Below, in pieces: positions 12,301 to 24,940 of a DNA stretch of 64,000 nucleotides. Origin of the DNA: Stylophora pistillata (lineage: Eukaryota); assembly GCF_002571385.2 (NCBI RefSeq), contig NW_019218190.1:62001-126000 (forward strand). The letters are read 5' to 3'. The notes beneath the pieces were generated by a model. The model was not told the origin of the DNA. It saw only the letters and a program-made list of their open reading frames with translations, and made no database searches. Numbering within the stretch: position 1 is the stretch's first letter; each line of letters starts with the position of its first letter. A program made the translations under genes and the position numbers.

Positions 12301-15300
12301 ACATAGGCCTTGTCAAAACCAGGCAAAGTGCATTGATGGAAAGGGAGTTAACGAGTACAAATGTACCTGTACATCTGGCTGGAAAGGACAAAACTGTGAT
12401 GAGGACATTGATGAGTGTCAACTTGGATACTGTCAGAATAATGCAACATGTATTAACAGTTTAGGTAGCTACGCATGTGCATGCTCACCTGGCTTCACAG
12501 ACTACAACTGTTCCACAAATATTAATGACTGTTTACCAGACCCATGTGAAAATGGTGGAAAATGTACAGATCTGATAAATGACTTCAACTGTGCATGCCA
12601 GCCAGGATATGAAGGTAATAAACATGAATACCTCAGAGAAATTATGAAGAGACAGAGAGGGAAGTTCCCAGAGTAGGTCAATTTCACTAGAGTTATTTAG
12701 AGACAGTCCTCTCAAACGGAAGTCAGTTTTCTGAAACGTTCGAAAGAAACCTGAGCTGTATCTGTTTTCCGAGTGTCACTGTTATTAAAGCAGTCTGGAG
12801 GAAAAAGAGAAAATGGACTTTTTTGAGGGAATATTTACCATATGGACTTTAAAGAGAAAACAATCGGAAAGGTTGATCAATGGAATCAACGCATCCATAC
12901 CAATGTCCCGATTGTCCCTCTCTGATTATTTCCTCTTGAATGGTGTTTTTTGACAAAGCTTGTTTGTTCTGTCAGAGTGGATATTTTCTTCTCTTTCTTG
13001 TTGTCAGTGTTGCGTTTTATGGACCGAGAAGTATACAGTACTAATAGTACTTATAGGACTACTCGTAATGAAATACAGTACTTCTAAATTTCGTTCGATT
13101 GGTTTTTTCAAACAAAAGATTTCCAGGGAAATCGTTTTGTGTGGTTTTGCGGCATCAGATAGCACATTAAAAAAAAGTGTCCCTAAGACTGACAGCCTTT
13201 AGCATTTTACCCAAACTACAAGTCAAGGCCAAGAACAGGGTATTTCTTTCCGCCCCAATACCTCATAGCAGATGGCCGTTATACACCTGGTTACCAGGTC
13301 ATTTAACCATTCATGGAAGCCGATTCGCAAAAAAATTACATTCTTTTCTGAAACTTTTCATCTTTTGATGCACAGGTAAAAATTGCTCCATCGACATTGA
13401 TGAATGCAAGTCTAAACCATGCCAGAATAATGCAACATGTATGCATGGCATAGCTGATGTCAACTGCACTTGCACAGCCAACTTTACAGGAAAGTACTGT
13501 GAGCTCGAGTTATCTTCTTGCATTCCTAATCCGTGCAAGAATAATGGCACCTGTGATTTACGAAACAACAACTTCACTTGTACTTGCGCAGCCGGCTTTG
13601 GAGGGGTACTTTGTGAAAATATAACCACAGTCGGATTAAATGGCTCCTCGTTCATGAATTTGCACGTCGGAAAACAAATGTTTGAACTCTCTTTCCAGTT
13701 CAGGACAACTCTAAATCACGGCTTATTAGGTGCTGATTCAGGAAGCAATTTTCTTGTATTTCTTGATAATAATAAAGTGCACATAATGTACAATAACACT
13801 AAGAAACTTTCGGCTGGCAAACAGGCTAATCTTAGCGATGGACTCTGGCACACTGTCTTTATCAACACATCTGCGGACTCCTTAGTTCTCGTTGTAGATA
13901 ACTCATCTTGTGGCGAGCATTGCAAGACGTCTTCAAATGATCTACAAGCAAACGTTGACGTTTCAAAACTCTACATCGGTGGATCCTCGTTTCCTGTAAA
14001 CTATCTTCACAACACCCTGTATAATTTCACTGGTTGTATTCAAGATGTAATGATTGATATGGAGACAGTGATCCCCAGCTGTGAAGAAGTGGAATTGTTC
14101 AACACTGTGACTGGGTGTCCTCGAAAAGAGGTGTGTGTATCTAACTCTTGTACAAATGGACAATGTGTTGACGAATGGAACAAATTCAGCTGTGATTGCA
14201 CACGACCCTGGATCGGTCCGCGCTGCAATACAAGTGAGTCTAATTGAGTTTGTATGTAACTTGGTCTTTGTCAATGCCACAAATTATTATCCAACTGCGC
14301 TTCGTAGAGTACAAATAACGGACGAGACGAGACGAGTACAAATATCACTTTAATAGCAATTTTTCGTATCAGTTTTCGGTTTTTGTGTCAAAAGCTTCAG
14401 TTTTTCGGTTTTAGTGTGATTTTATTATTTTAGTCGGTAGCGGCTCTCATACTTTAACATTCTATTGCCCAAAGTAAATCCAAATACGACAGAAAGCCAT
14501 TATCTCGTTATCTGATCTTTCTAACAGCATACTGTAATTTTACGCAGTCACGCAGAGTGACTCTTAGACCCCGGTTATCACGAAAAATTTTCAATAATCT
14601 CCAGAAAGATCGAGGCAACGGGTCTCCCAGATTCTCTTTCCAATAGAATTTCCACAATAGTTCAAATCTTTTCTTTTCTTACCTTTTTCTTTTTAGCGTT
14701 GACGCCGGGAACGTTTGGTGCAACTGAACCTTTAAACATTGGTAGCAGCAGACGGCGACGTAGTATTGAGAGCATGCGTAACGCTTCCTTTGCTAAATTC
14801 TTCACTAATGGCACTAGTTTTGACTCAGCTGTTGAGTTGTCGTTCTTCATCCGAACTCGGGAAATGAGAGGATTAATAATACTGATGACAGATAATCAGG
14901 GTCATCATATTAGTGTTGTGATTGATCAAGGAATGTTGTTTGTACAAACCACTTCAAATGGACACACCTCCAATTTTACCATAAATGGAAGTGTTAGCGA
15001 TGGACATTGGCACTTTGTTGCAATCCGAAACAACATGTCGCGCTTTGACAACTTCACTATGGTCAAGGGACCCATTATTAACAAAGATATCAAGTTGACT
15101 GTAACCTACCTTGGAGGACTTGATGACTTCTCTCTTTACCCGGAAGCTGATATTATTCGAACTCCATTTCGAGGCTGTTTACAGGACCTTCAACTGAACA
15201 ACAGACTGTTTGACTTCGGATTTAATGATGCCTCGTTAATTACCACGGATCGTTACATCTTACTCGAGTCAGGTGGTCTGGGTAAAGGTTGTCAGGGAAT

Positions 15301-18300
15301 GAACGTGTGTCGATCATTACCGTGTGGTGATGGAGGCTTCTGTAAAGACTTGTGGAACAAATATCAGTGCGAGTGTAAACCTCGCTACGGTGGCCGGGAC
15401 TGTGCACTGTACGGCTGCTCCTTGGTTAACCTGTGCCCTCATAATACCACCTGCTTGGATATCGGAGAAAATTATGAATGTAAGTGCTTATAAAAAAAGA
15501 ATTTATAGTCATCAGGTATAGTTTTCGTATCAATATGTAGTGAATATATATGCTGAATATGTAGTGAATATATAGTGAATATATATGCAGTCAATATGTA
15601 GTATATGTCAATATGTAGTATATGTCAATATGTAGTATATGTCAGTATGTAGTGTATGTCAATATGTAGTATATGTCAATATGTAGAATATCAATATGTA
15701 GTGAATATATATGCTGAAATTCCCTCTTGTTAACTTCACATTTTATAACAGCTGTCATTTTAATCAGCTTTCAAAGATTTCCCGCTCTTACTTAAAGTTG
15801 AGTCACCAGTTCTTGACGTCACCATCGCGGTCAGTGTTAGTGTGACCACAAGGTTGCCCACGAGAGTGATTTCTTTCAGCCAAAACGATGACTTGTTTAC
15901 TGTAACTAAAAGCGCTCATGGAATGGAATTGAACTCTCCAATTTTGAAGTTTATTTCACGTGTTTTTTAAGTTATTTATCTCTGTGTTAGGTGTGCATCC
16001 CTTCACTTTCAATGGCAGTGCAACTCGAGCAGAATTTACCTTCGTCTCCAGTGTTAATGTCAGCCTGGATGCGTCTTTACGAGTACGAACAAGGGAGTCC
16101 TCAGCAGTGTTGATTCACATTCGTCACGACTACAACAAATTTTTCAAGATGGCACTTGACGATGGACGGATTAACATTAGTTTTGCTCTGAATGGAGACA
16201 GTGGAGTAATATCCTCAGGTAAGATAAGGTTCTACTGACTTCAACTAATGCGCTATACTCTCGCAAGATGGTCAAGTATTAGCGACGAGAGAGGCCTTTT
16301 TGTCGTCTGAAAATTTCCATTCGTGGTATTTCTTGGTATATTTTGGGAAATTTGATTTAAGTATATTGTTTCGGTAAAATGGCCACGAGTGGCGTTTACC
16401 TCCTTTATATTCATATGTTTTCACTTTCCGGTTATTTATCAAGCTTTGTATTCTTTTTCTTTTAGATGATCAAGTAAATGACGGCCAGTGGCACTAAATC
16501 GCGTTCAACATCACTGATAATCAGAGTTTTGTGACCGTAGATGGCTCCACTACAATGGATTCCTCCAAACTTTCAAGCAATGATATAACAAGCTTATTAA
16601 ACAGTACTCCAGTTGTGGTGGGCGGGTCAGCCTTCAAAGGATGTCTAGATAACGTGCGTATTGGTGATCTGCTGCTATCATTTGTTGATTACTACAACAG
16701 CACCTTGAATGTTAGTCATGTGACTCCTTTGAAGCCTCATTTCCAAGTTAACACATCAGAACTGAGGTTCGGTTGCCACAGTGATGACGTTTGTGGTCCG
16801 GCACCTTGTTTACGGGGCACGTGCAGTGATGAATGGAACCTGTTTAATTGCGCATGTCCAGAAGGATGGGCGGGGTCTATCTGTAATCTCACAGCCAACA
16901 TGACTTGCGCTCATTCCCCGTGCGCCAATGGCACGTGCTATAACGTGACTTACGTTGACATGGCAACCAATCAGAAACAAGTAAGTGACGTAGGATTTGA
17001 TATGTTTGAGTGCAAGTGCCCTCCAGGATTTGAAGGGAAGCTTTGTGAAAATGCTACGAACGAATGCGACCCTAATCCGTGTGAAAATGGCGCGAACTGC
17101 ACTGATCTTCACCTCGACTATAACTGCTCATGCGTCAGGGGTTACGCTGGAAAAAACTGTTCAACGAACATCGACGAATGTGCAAATAACAACTGCACTA
17201 ACAATTCTACTTGTGTCGACGGAATCGGCTCGTATAGTTGCTCCTGCCTGGTTGGTTTTAATGGAACTTTCTGTGAGCAAGATATTAATGAATGTGAAGT
17301 TACGAAGCCACTTGGTCCTTGTAACGCAACAGGAACAAAGAACTGTTCTAACTTTGTGGGCGGCTTCAGCTGTGACTGTAAACAAGGGTTCTTTGGAGAA
17401 CTGTGTCAGTATGACTTTAGTTCGTATTGCGAACTTAAAAAACCTTGCCAAAATGGTGGTAATTGTTCAGATAATGCAACAGCTTTTAGCTGTTCTTGTC
17501 CTGAGGGGTATAATGGGACATTGTGTGAGAATGATATTCATGAATGCAAAGACGAGCCATGTATGAATAACGGAACATGCATTGATAGCCATGTAAACTC
17601 CACCAGTCGTATGTTCCCGGGTTATAAGTGTAACTGCACTATCGATTTTGAAGGACAGCGATGTGGAAAGAAAATCGACCCGTGTGAATCTGATCCTTGC
17701 AAGAACAATGCTACGTGTCAGAGGTTGGCCTACAACAAGTATGGGTGTAAATGTACACCCGAGTATAAGGGAGAAAACTGCTCTGTTTTCCAAGCTTGTT
17801 ACAGCAGTCCATGCCAGAATGGAGCTACTTGTAAAGAATTCTACAACCCTAGTAATTATTCCTGCGCATGTCCACTCGGGTTCTACGGACAAAATTGCGA
17901 GAACGTCACCGACTACTGTTCACCTGACCCCTGTAGAAATAACGCGACTTGCGTGAATTTGAACGCGGAAGGGAAGTATTTCTGTAACTGTACTGAAGGA
18001 TTTGGTAATGTAAACTGTAGTGGCTTGTTGAAGTTCTGCGATCCCGATCCATGCATCAATGGGAGTTGTCTTCCATTAATGGACACTTTTCAGTGCGTGT
18101 GTAACGAAGGTTATACAGGAAAGAATTGCAGCGAGCTCATTAACAAATGTGATTCGAATCCTTGTCAAAACGGTGGCACATGTACCTCTACTGACGGCTC
18201 ATTTCGCTGCAAGTGTGAGTCTGGTTGGGTGGGTGAAGCATGTCAGTATGTAGATCGCTGCAACAATAGTCCGTGCGAGAACGGTGCAACTTGCAAAACC

Positions 18301-18597
18301 AACGTTCAGACTGGGAATGTTTCGTGTCTTTGTCGGGATTATTTCACAGGTTCACGGTGTGAAACTTCGCAGGAACAAACCGATCCCTCTGAAAAGACAG
18401 CAGTCAGTCAATATTTCCTGATCGGAGGAATTATAGCGGCTTGTGTCCTCGCCATGTTGTTGCTCTTTTTATTGGTAATTGTTATGAAGAAGAGAACATC
18501 AAATGGCACATATAATCCTAGTAAGGAAGAATTAGAGGCAGGGCGTGTTGAATTGGATTCCATGCTGAAGCCGCCTCCTCCAGAAAGGCTCATATAA
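5126..18597 (+). CDS. crb: Crumbs cell-polarity protein (4 LamG, ~30 EGF repeats, TM, ~37-aa tail); carries an in-frame TAA at 16495-16497 in this assembly
   Basis: Phase-consistent GT-AG exons: 5126-5162 (tentative start MTTKILFRLFIQG), 6683-7264, 8172-8555, [exon missing, probably in gap 9315-9827], 10331-10492, 10964-11122, 11396-11626, 12264-12614, 13376-14233, 14697-15479, 15991-16218, 16466-18597. LamG motifs LSDGLWH, VSDGHWH, VNDGQWH and GCI/GCL. Tail KKRTSNGTYNPSKEE..KPPPPERLI has the diagnostic FERM-binding and ERLI PDZ-binding motifs. Confidence 0.95.
7569..7856 (+). mobile_element. tRNA-derived SINE with V-SINE-like central domain, in Crumbs intron 2
   Basis: Pol III A box TAGCACAGTGG and B box GGTTCAATTCC; central GTGGTTTGAGTTTGTTG..GGGTCCTCTGGTTTTCCTCCC; (TTAT)-rich tail. 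Confidence 0.75.
9071..9190. repeat. Palindromic (hairpin) interspersed repeat, copy 2, ~125 bp before N gap
   Basis: Complete ~115-bp imperfect inverted repeat centred on GGCGC-GTA-GCGCC with outer arms AACAATTATTCCAC / GTGGAATAATTGTT. Confidence 0.9.
15527..15716. repeat. Intronic minisatellite (17-bp core GTCAATATGTAGTATAT plus variant units)
   Basis: About five to six tandem core copies at ~15590-15690, flanked by ATATGTAGTGAATATATATGCTGAA-type variants. Confidence 0.85.
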
Positions 18598-20577
18598 AAG
18601 GTTGTGTCGCTCTGAGATGACAAGTTAAGAGTAATCAACCCCGGGTTGATCTGTAGAAGACCACTCTGTGCCTTTCTGTGCGTTTCGGTCTCTGCTTGAA
18701 AGCAGAATTGGTTCAATCGACCACCTGCCATGTGTTGACAACGACCACTCTTTGGAAGCTATTCTGTGAGAGGTTGTGTTACGCAACACCCCTCAACTAA
18801 CTATCCAAAACTATACACTGGGCTCAAAATGAAATAAGACAAAAGGTTAGTTTTTTTTAGGTATTTTGGAGAATATTCCAAAAGTAGAACTATTTTTTTT
18901 TTTTTTTATTTTACGCGCGACATGTGAAATTGCAACCGAAGTTTGGTAGAAATGAGAATTGTCAGGACGTACTTTTGTAAACTTTGTTTTTACTAGGAGA
19001 CGTTTTCCTTCATAAGGTTTTCTTATTTTCTTCGTTTTATTTATTTTTTTAACTCAAATTCCCCTGGTTTTGGAGATTTTTGCAACAGCGCTTTATCCTA
19101 GGTACATCTCATTTGCTCTTAAGGTTGTTGTTAAGAAGTTGTTACTTCGACATATACCGTCATTTTCAGGTGTTTGAAATGGCAAGCGACCGCAAAAAGG
19201 TATCTTCCTTACCATCGTCAATTTTGTTTTCCTAACGCATTCGTTTTTGTCTTACCTAGTTGTTTTGTCAGTCTCTCATAAATGGTTAGAATATAATGTA
19301 TAGCTAGTCTGTATGTATGAACTAGCCTTATTTGAACTAAAAAACATTAGGAAGCTTTCTATGATAGCTTATCGGAAGGTTTTGTTTGAAAACAGTGGTA
19401 GTTGTGTACCAGAGTTTTATTTAATGCAATCAAGTGTGTATATATACATATGCGTGACGCTAAATTGAGTTGAATTAATTTCCTATTTTAGAATTTATAG
19501 GAATTTGAATAGGAAATAAATCAAGGGTAACTTTTGCAATGATTTTTTAAATAAAAATAATCCTAACTGCTCTATGTTCTTTGTGATTGCTATCATTGAA
19601 ATGCATTTGAAATCAGTCACATTTCCCCCTGATCGAAGCTCCCAGTTGAAGTCATCATTGATTTCCAGTTGACTTAGTGCCGTTCTGTTGAACGTTGTTT
19701 TTGTGTTCTCGAGTTCAAACATGTGACTGTGTAAACCTCTAGTCGTCACACTGGGATATCTCGAACCCTAAATAATTTTAACCGGCCATTTCCTTGTTCC
19801 ACGAGGGATCCGAGGTGACGGGCCTCTAATATGACTAGGAATGAACTTAGTATCTCTTTTCGCACACGGAGTATCTTTAACAACAAATTTTGTCACGTGT
19901 GACAAAAGCCCAGCGAAATACTCGACCTGCATTCGTGATAATTGTTACAGTGCTAAGGTCAGTTCACGACCTGCTGTAGTGTTAAAGTTTGTGTGGTAAA
20001 CAGCTGTTAAGATATGAGCTAAAACATCGCGACAACGGTGTCACGCATATCATTCCAACAAGCAAACTGGCAGTAGTAAGTGATTTTAAACATACTGTTT
20101 CTCCTTCCGTCATGAAAAAAGGAACACGTACTCACAGTGCATTGCCAAATACACTTGACACTTAGATTGATCGATAGTTTTCCGCTCGTGGATTTTTCCT
20201 CGGCTGCGAATTTTGTTAATCGCGTGACATGAAATCAGAGATATCAAAAATTGTTCTATTTTCGACAGGGTAAGCCTTGCCATGATAAAAAATAAAACTT
20301 GCGAAAGTAGGGATATTTCAAGAGGCCTTTGCCCGTTGAGTGTCAAAGAACTTTCAAAGTTTCTTTTCATGTCAAGTCACGTGAAATGAAAGAATATATA
20401 GCATGACGAGCATGACGTCTTTTTCGACCGCTGACCTATGTCTAATATACGCTCTCATGACACTCACGAGATACCTCATGCGAACTTTCTGTATTATATT
20501 CGTTTCCGTTTCTGGGTCTGTCGAAAGCTGGTCCCACTCCAGCGCCTGCTAAATTAAACTCGTCTCAACTTAAAAAA

Positions 20578-23500
20578 ATGGCGTCGGGAAGTTTCTTGTC
20601 GGTTTTTAAGGCTGGTGGTTACGCTGTTTATGTTTTGTTTCTCTTACTCTGTACATATTTACTGAACCAACTGGATCGATACACTCTGGCAGTGTCTTCA
20701 CAACCTATGGCGCACGACATACACTTTGGTGATAAGGGATGCTTGCCTTACAACTCCACATTTTCTTCTAAATATAAAGACTTCTGTGTGAAAAGTGAGA
20801 AGGACAGCAGTCAACCTGAGAGAAACCAAACTATGTAAGTTCTGATTCATGTAGTTAGCTGGAGTAGCGCTCTCTGAAATAAGCCAGAAATAAATTATTT
20901 GCCCTTGTCATCCACTTACATGTAATACTGTAAATCTTCTGAGTATGAATCTTTGTTAGACTGTCTGAGAAGGGTAATGAAAATTATTGAATATGATTGA
21001 TCATGTAGAAGTTCTTATCATGCTAGAAACAAGCAGTGCTCGGCCTAATTATCGCGTAATAGTTCTTTTTTAAAATTAACGCAATAAAGTTACGTAATTT
21101 CAATGTGTTTCGTAATTCAGAATACCAGAGTTGTCACGTCCCATTTTAGTTTAAAAATGAAGAGGGGCAGGAGTGTAGGGTACAAAATCGTACAATCAAA
21201 AAAGCAAACGAAAAAAATTTAAATATATCATAATGTATTTAAGAAATGGAAGAAAATCTTAATGTAATGAATGGTGTTACGGTGTTTGTCAGTAGAGCTC
21301 CTTCTTTTTCTTTGAGCACTCTCAATTCAGTGTCGCAAGACTAAGACCCAAGGAGGGGGACATAGGGGGTTCAGAATGCTGCAACATTACAAAACAAAAT
21401 AGAACAAACATCACATCACCACAAGGAATATTACTAACACACCAGCACGGGGGTGTAGTGTAAGTCTCAGGATTTACCTGGTCTGGTTCCACTCTTCTTA
21501 ACCATGTGCTGGTTGTTGGCTAGTTGATATTTTGCGTGTTAGAAGTCCAGCGGTCAAGTAAATATTAACGAACATAGCCTGGATTAATCAACAAATGTTT
21601 ATTAAATATTAATGGGGATGTATTGCTGATTTTGTTCGACAATTAATCATGGGTTATCAAAATCTATTTGTTAAAAGTTAAAAAATAAACTGCAATGCTG
21701 GAAATGGTTTATTTCACTAAAAACCATCGCTTTGAAATTACAAACATCATACGCTTTAAGGTTTGAGATCACCGCAACACCGCAATGTGAGTTGTTCTTC
21801 ACTGCAATATGGCATTACAAAAAGGGTCAACACCACAATGCCGCAAACCCTAATGTCCCCCTCCCCAAATGATCACAATGGCTAACGCAAGGGAAGGAAA
21901 ATATCAAAAGAAACTAATAAGAACCCAAATGGACACATTGTGATTGGTTTTAGTTTAGCATTTGATGGGCTGCTGTAAAACTTCGTGGCCAGTCAGAAAA
22001 CAGGACAAAGCCAAACCCTTGCAATCATGCATTCATTTTGTTGCTACTAAACGTGGTTTCAATGAAATAATTAAAAAAAAAATGATATGTCCACTCCTAT
22101 GAAAATTGTGTGTACCATGCTTCATTTACAGCACCATACCTGTATTCACAATGTGTTGGAAATGCTTTAATTTGCTATTTGTTTTTCAGATGTGAATTAA
22201 AAACCCCTCACAATTCCACCCAACATGTGTGTGCATGGGATTATGATGGAACAGGAAGCGACTATCAGATCCTTGCAGGTCCAGTTTTTATCCTTGTGTA
22301 CACAATCAGTGGTATTCCTCTTGGATTCTGTGCTGGAGTTTTTCATCGTAGAAACCTCATTGTTTTCTGTCTTGTACTGTGGAGCACCATGACATTGTTG
22401 ACAGGTTTCGCCACCAAATATTGGCACTTAGTTGTGACAAGATTTATTCTTGGGATTGGGTGAGTGAAATAACAGAAAAAGTAAAGTAACTAGCTAATTT
22501 CAACTTGTTCAGGAACTCTTCTTACTACATCTCACCCTATATGTCAGTTGTGTCATGAGCCCTAAAAGGTTTCTGATCTTTGGCTAAGGGTCTCCGCATA
22601 ATTTTTTTGTTGGCAATGTGAATAAGAGTTATTTTAAGAGTCTTACATTTTTTTTTTCTCTACACATGTGAGCAACTACACAAGATACTGCATTGTGATA
22701 ATAATGGCTCATATTCATATTGTTGAATTCATGGCATTGAATAGTCTACTGTAAAATTTCAATTCATTTTTTGTTTCAATGAACACGTTAATTTTTTTTT
22801 CTTGTTTTTTTGTTTTGTTTTTTGCAGTGAGGCTGGATGCACTCCATTTGCAACCAGTTTGATTGCTGACTATTTTCCTGAGGTAAGTCTATAACATTTC
22901 CACCATTGTCATGGAGTTTCTTGTTTCAGGACAAATTACCAGCTTTTTTATTTTTTTCCAGAAAAAAATTTATTGAAACATCTGTTTTGATGTAGAAACT
23001 TTGTGTATTTTTGCTAAGTATGTTTGCAAGTCTGACTGCCTGTAGTCTTCCTGTGCCTATTTTAGGTCCCATGGTACCAAGCTACTCTTTAGGATAAGCC
23101 ACACAATTCATGGTGACATTCTTTCTTTCCCTTCATTGCCATCTTTTTTGGAAGTTTTTTATTCTGCCATTTCCCTAAGTTACTAGGACAGAGATTTTAT
23201 GATGAGTTTGAATTTCCAATAAAATCAAGTAAACAAACTTAAATTATTGTGTCCTATATAAATGTAAAGCTTACTTTGTATGGATATTTTAGACATTACG
23301 AGGATCTGCTTTTGGTGTATATAACTGGGGAATCTACATTGGTTACAGTATGGCATATGCTTTTGGTAACTTCATTACGCAAGCTAATATTGATGGCAAA
23401 GGGTGGAGGTGGGTGTTCTGGATTGCTGCTGCACCTGGCTTTGTGCTGGGATTTGTTATGCTGCTCACAATGAAGGAGCCTGAGAGAAGTGAGAAAACAA

Positions 23501-24940
23501 ATCCACAGGTATTGTAATGTTCAAGTGAAAGATGAAATTTATTGGTACATGACTTAGGCACCATGATAGGTATACCTAGGCTTGATGACCAATGACTGCT
23601 TGGGAAAGTAGCAAACACCCCCCACTATTGGAGGGAATGAATACAGAAGTCAAGTACAAAGTGTACGCGGGAATGGATAGAGAAAGAATATTGTGTGATT
23701 TTTTGTTTGACAGATATATTTGACTGGTATATTTGACTATTTTCAGGCAATTGTCACCCATTCACAGCGACAGGTATTGAGAGAGAAGTTCCTTTTGTTA
23801 TGCAGAACATTCATGCGTCCTTCTCTGCTCATCTTGTTTCTTGCCGGATCCATAAGGAATGCTGGAGGCTATGTTTGGGCGTACAACACACAGCCTTACT
23901 TCAACAAGTATTACCCTCAAACTAATGTGGGAGAATATATGAGCTGGATCCCTCTGGTGGGAGGAAGCTTGGGAGTGGTCCTAGGAGGATTCATCTCTGA
24001 TCGGTTGATTAAAAACCGAGGCTTTTATGCCAGAGTTTGGGTCCTATTATTCAGTCAGGTAAGTGGAGAGGATACAGACTAGAAAAGAATGAGACAGGGG
24101 AGACAGAGTGAAATCTGAATGCAAGCCTAATGCTAGTGGCTTCAGCTTGTAGACCTTATCCCTGTTTCTGTGGCATCACACCAATACAACTTGGAGTTTA
24201 GTTTCTCTTCGTTGACGGGATGAAAGATCATCCTGGTGGCGTCTCAACCCCCTGTCACATTTCATTAACAGTAAGCTGGATACCGATTGTCCACCTTGAT
24301 GGAGAAGGAGCCGCATGCCAAGAGTGACATGTCTTATGGAGTAAATTGTGCTAACAATGAAAGCTCCATTTCTCCTTCAGAAAAGGGAAAGCGAGGAAGC
24401 AAAGGGTAGGGGTCAGTCTGCTAGCAACCTGGGTTAACCTCTCCACTCCATCTGAGATTTCTTATTTCCTCACTTTTCAATGTGTCATCTCTTTCTTTCT
24501 TTCTTTTTTTTTTTTTTTTCATCTTTCAGATAATTGCTGCGCCATTTGCTGCAGGAGCCTTGTTCTTGCCCCCGCCATGGGCTTTCATCAGTCTGATTCC
24601 CTCAAATGTCATTGGTGAGATGTGGGTTGGTGTAACACTCACTGTAGTAGTCGAACTTGTACCAAACTCTATCCGTTCACCCGCCATAGCAGGTTATTTG
24701 TTCATCATCAGCATCATTGGTGGTAATGTGCCACTCCTCGTTCCACCTCTGAAGAAAATCACCAGTCTGCGGACAGCTCTGTACATTCTTTTTCCTGGCC
24801 TGTACCTCCTCAGCTCTGTGTTCTTTCTCTTGACTTTGTTCTCGTTGAAACGCGATATGAGACGAGCCAAGGAGGAAGAGGAAGTCATTAAACCGTTATT
24901 GCCTGAGACACCCACTGAATATGAAGGAAAGACAGTTTGA
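20578..24940 (+). CDS. Spinster-like major facilitator superfamily transporter
   Basis: Exons 20578-20834, 22190-22459, 22828-22882, 23293-23508, 23747-24058, 24530-24940; all GT-AG and in phase. Motifs LLNQLDRYTLAV, RFILGIGEAGCTPFATSLIADYFP, GWRWVFW, GGFISDRL; many TM segments. Confidence 0.92.
21352..21864. mobile_element. MITE / non-autonomous DNA transposon in MFS intron 1
   Basis: TIRs GGAGGGGGACAT(A)GGG and CCCTAATGTCCCCCTCC; CCAA on both flanks (21348-21351, 21865-21868) as an apparent 4-bp TSD; repeated CACCGCAA-like subterminal motifs. Confidence 0.75.

Noticed and set aside
15527-15716. CRISPR-like array
   Set aside because: Head-to-tail minisatellite without unique spacers, inside a eukaryotic intron; no cas genes.
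16495-16500. Selenocysteine or programmed readthrough at the crumbs internal stop
   Set aside because: The codon is TAA, not TGA, and the 3' context (ATC) is not a typical leaky context; no positive support in the sequence.
6751-18597. Notch, fibropellin or Eyes-shut call for the EGF-rich ORFs
   Set aside because: No LNR or ankyrin repeats; the LamG-EGF layout and short tail with GTYNPS..E and ERLI identify Crumbs.
16810-18731. Antisense and alternate-frame ORFs over crumbs (likewise over the LINE RT at 46370-46882, MFS and Gfi1)
   Set aside because: Shadows of real coding sequence with no independent motifs.
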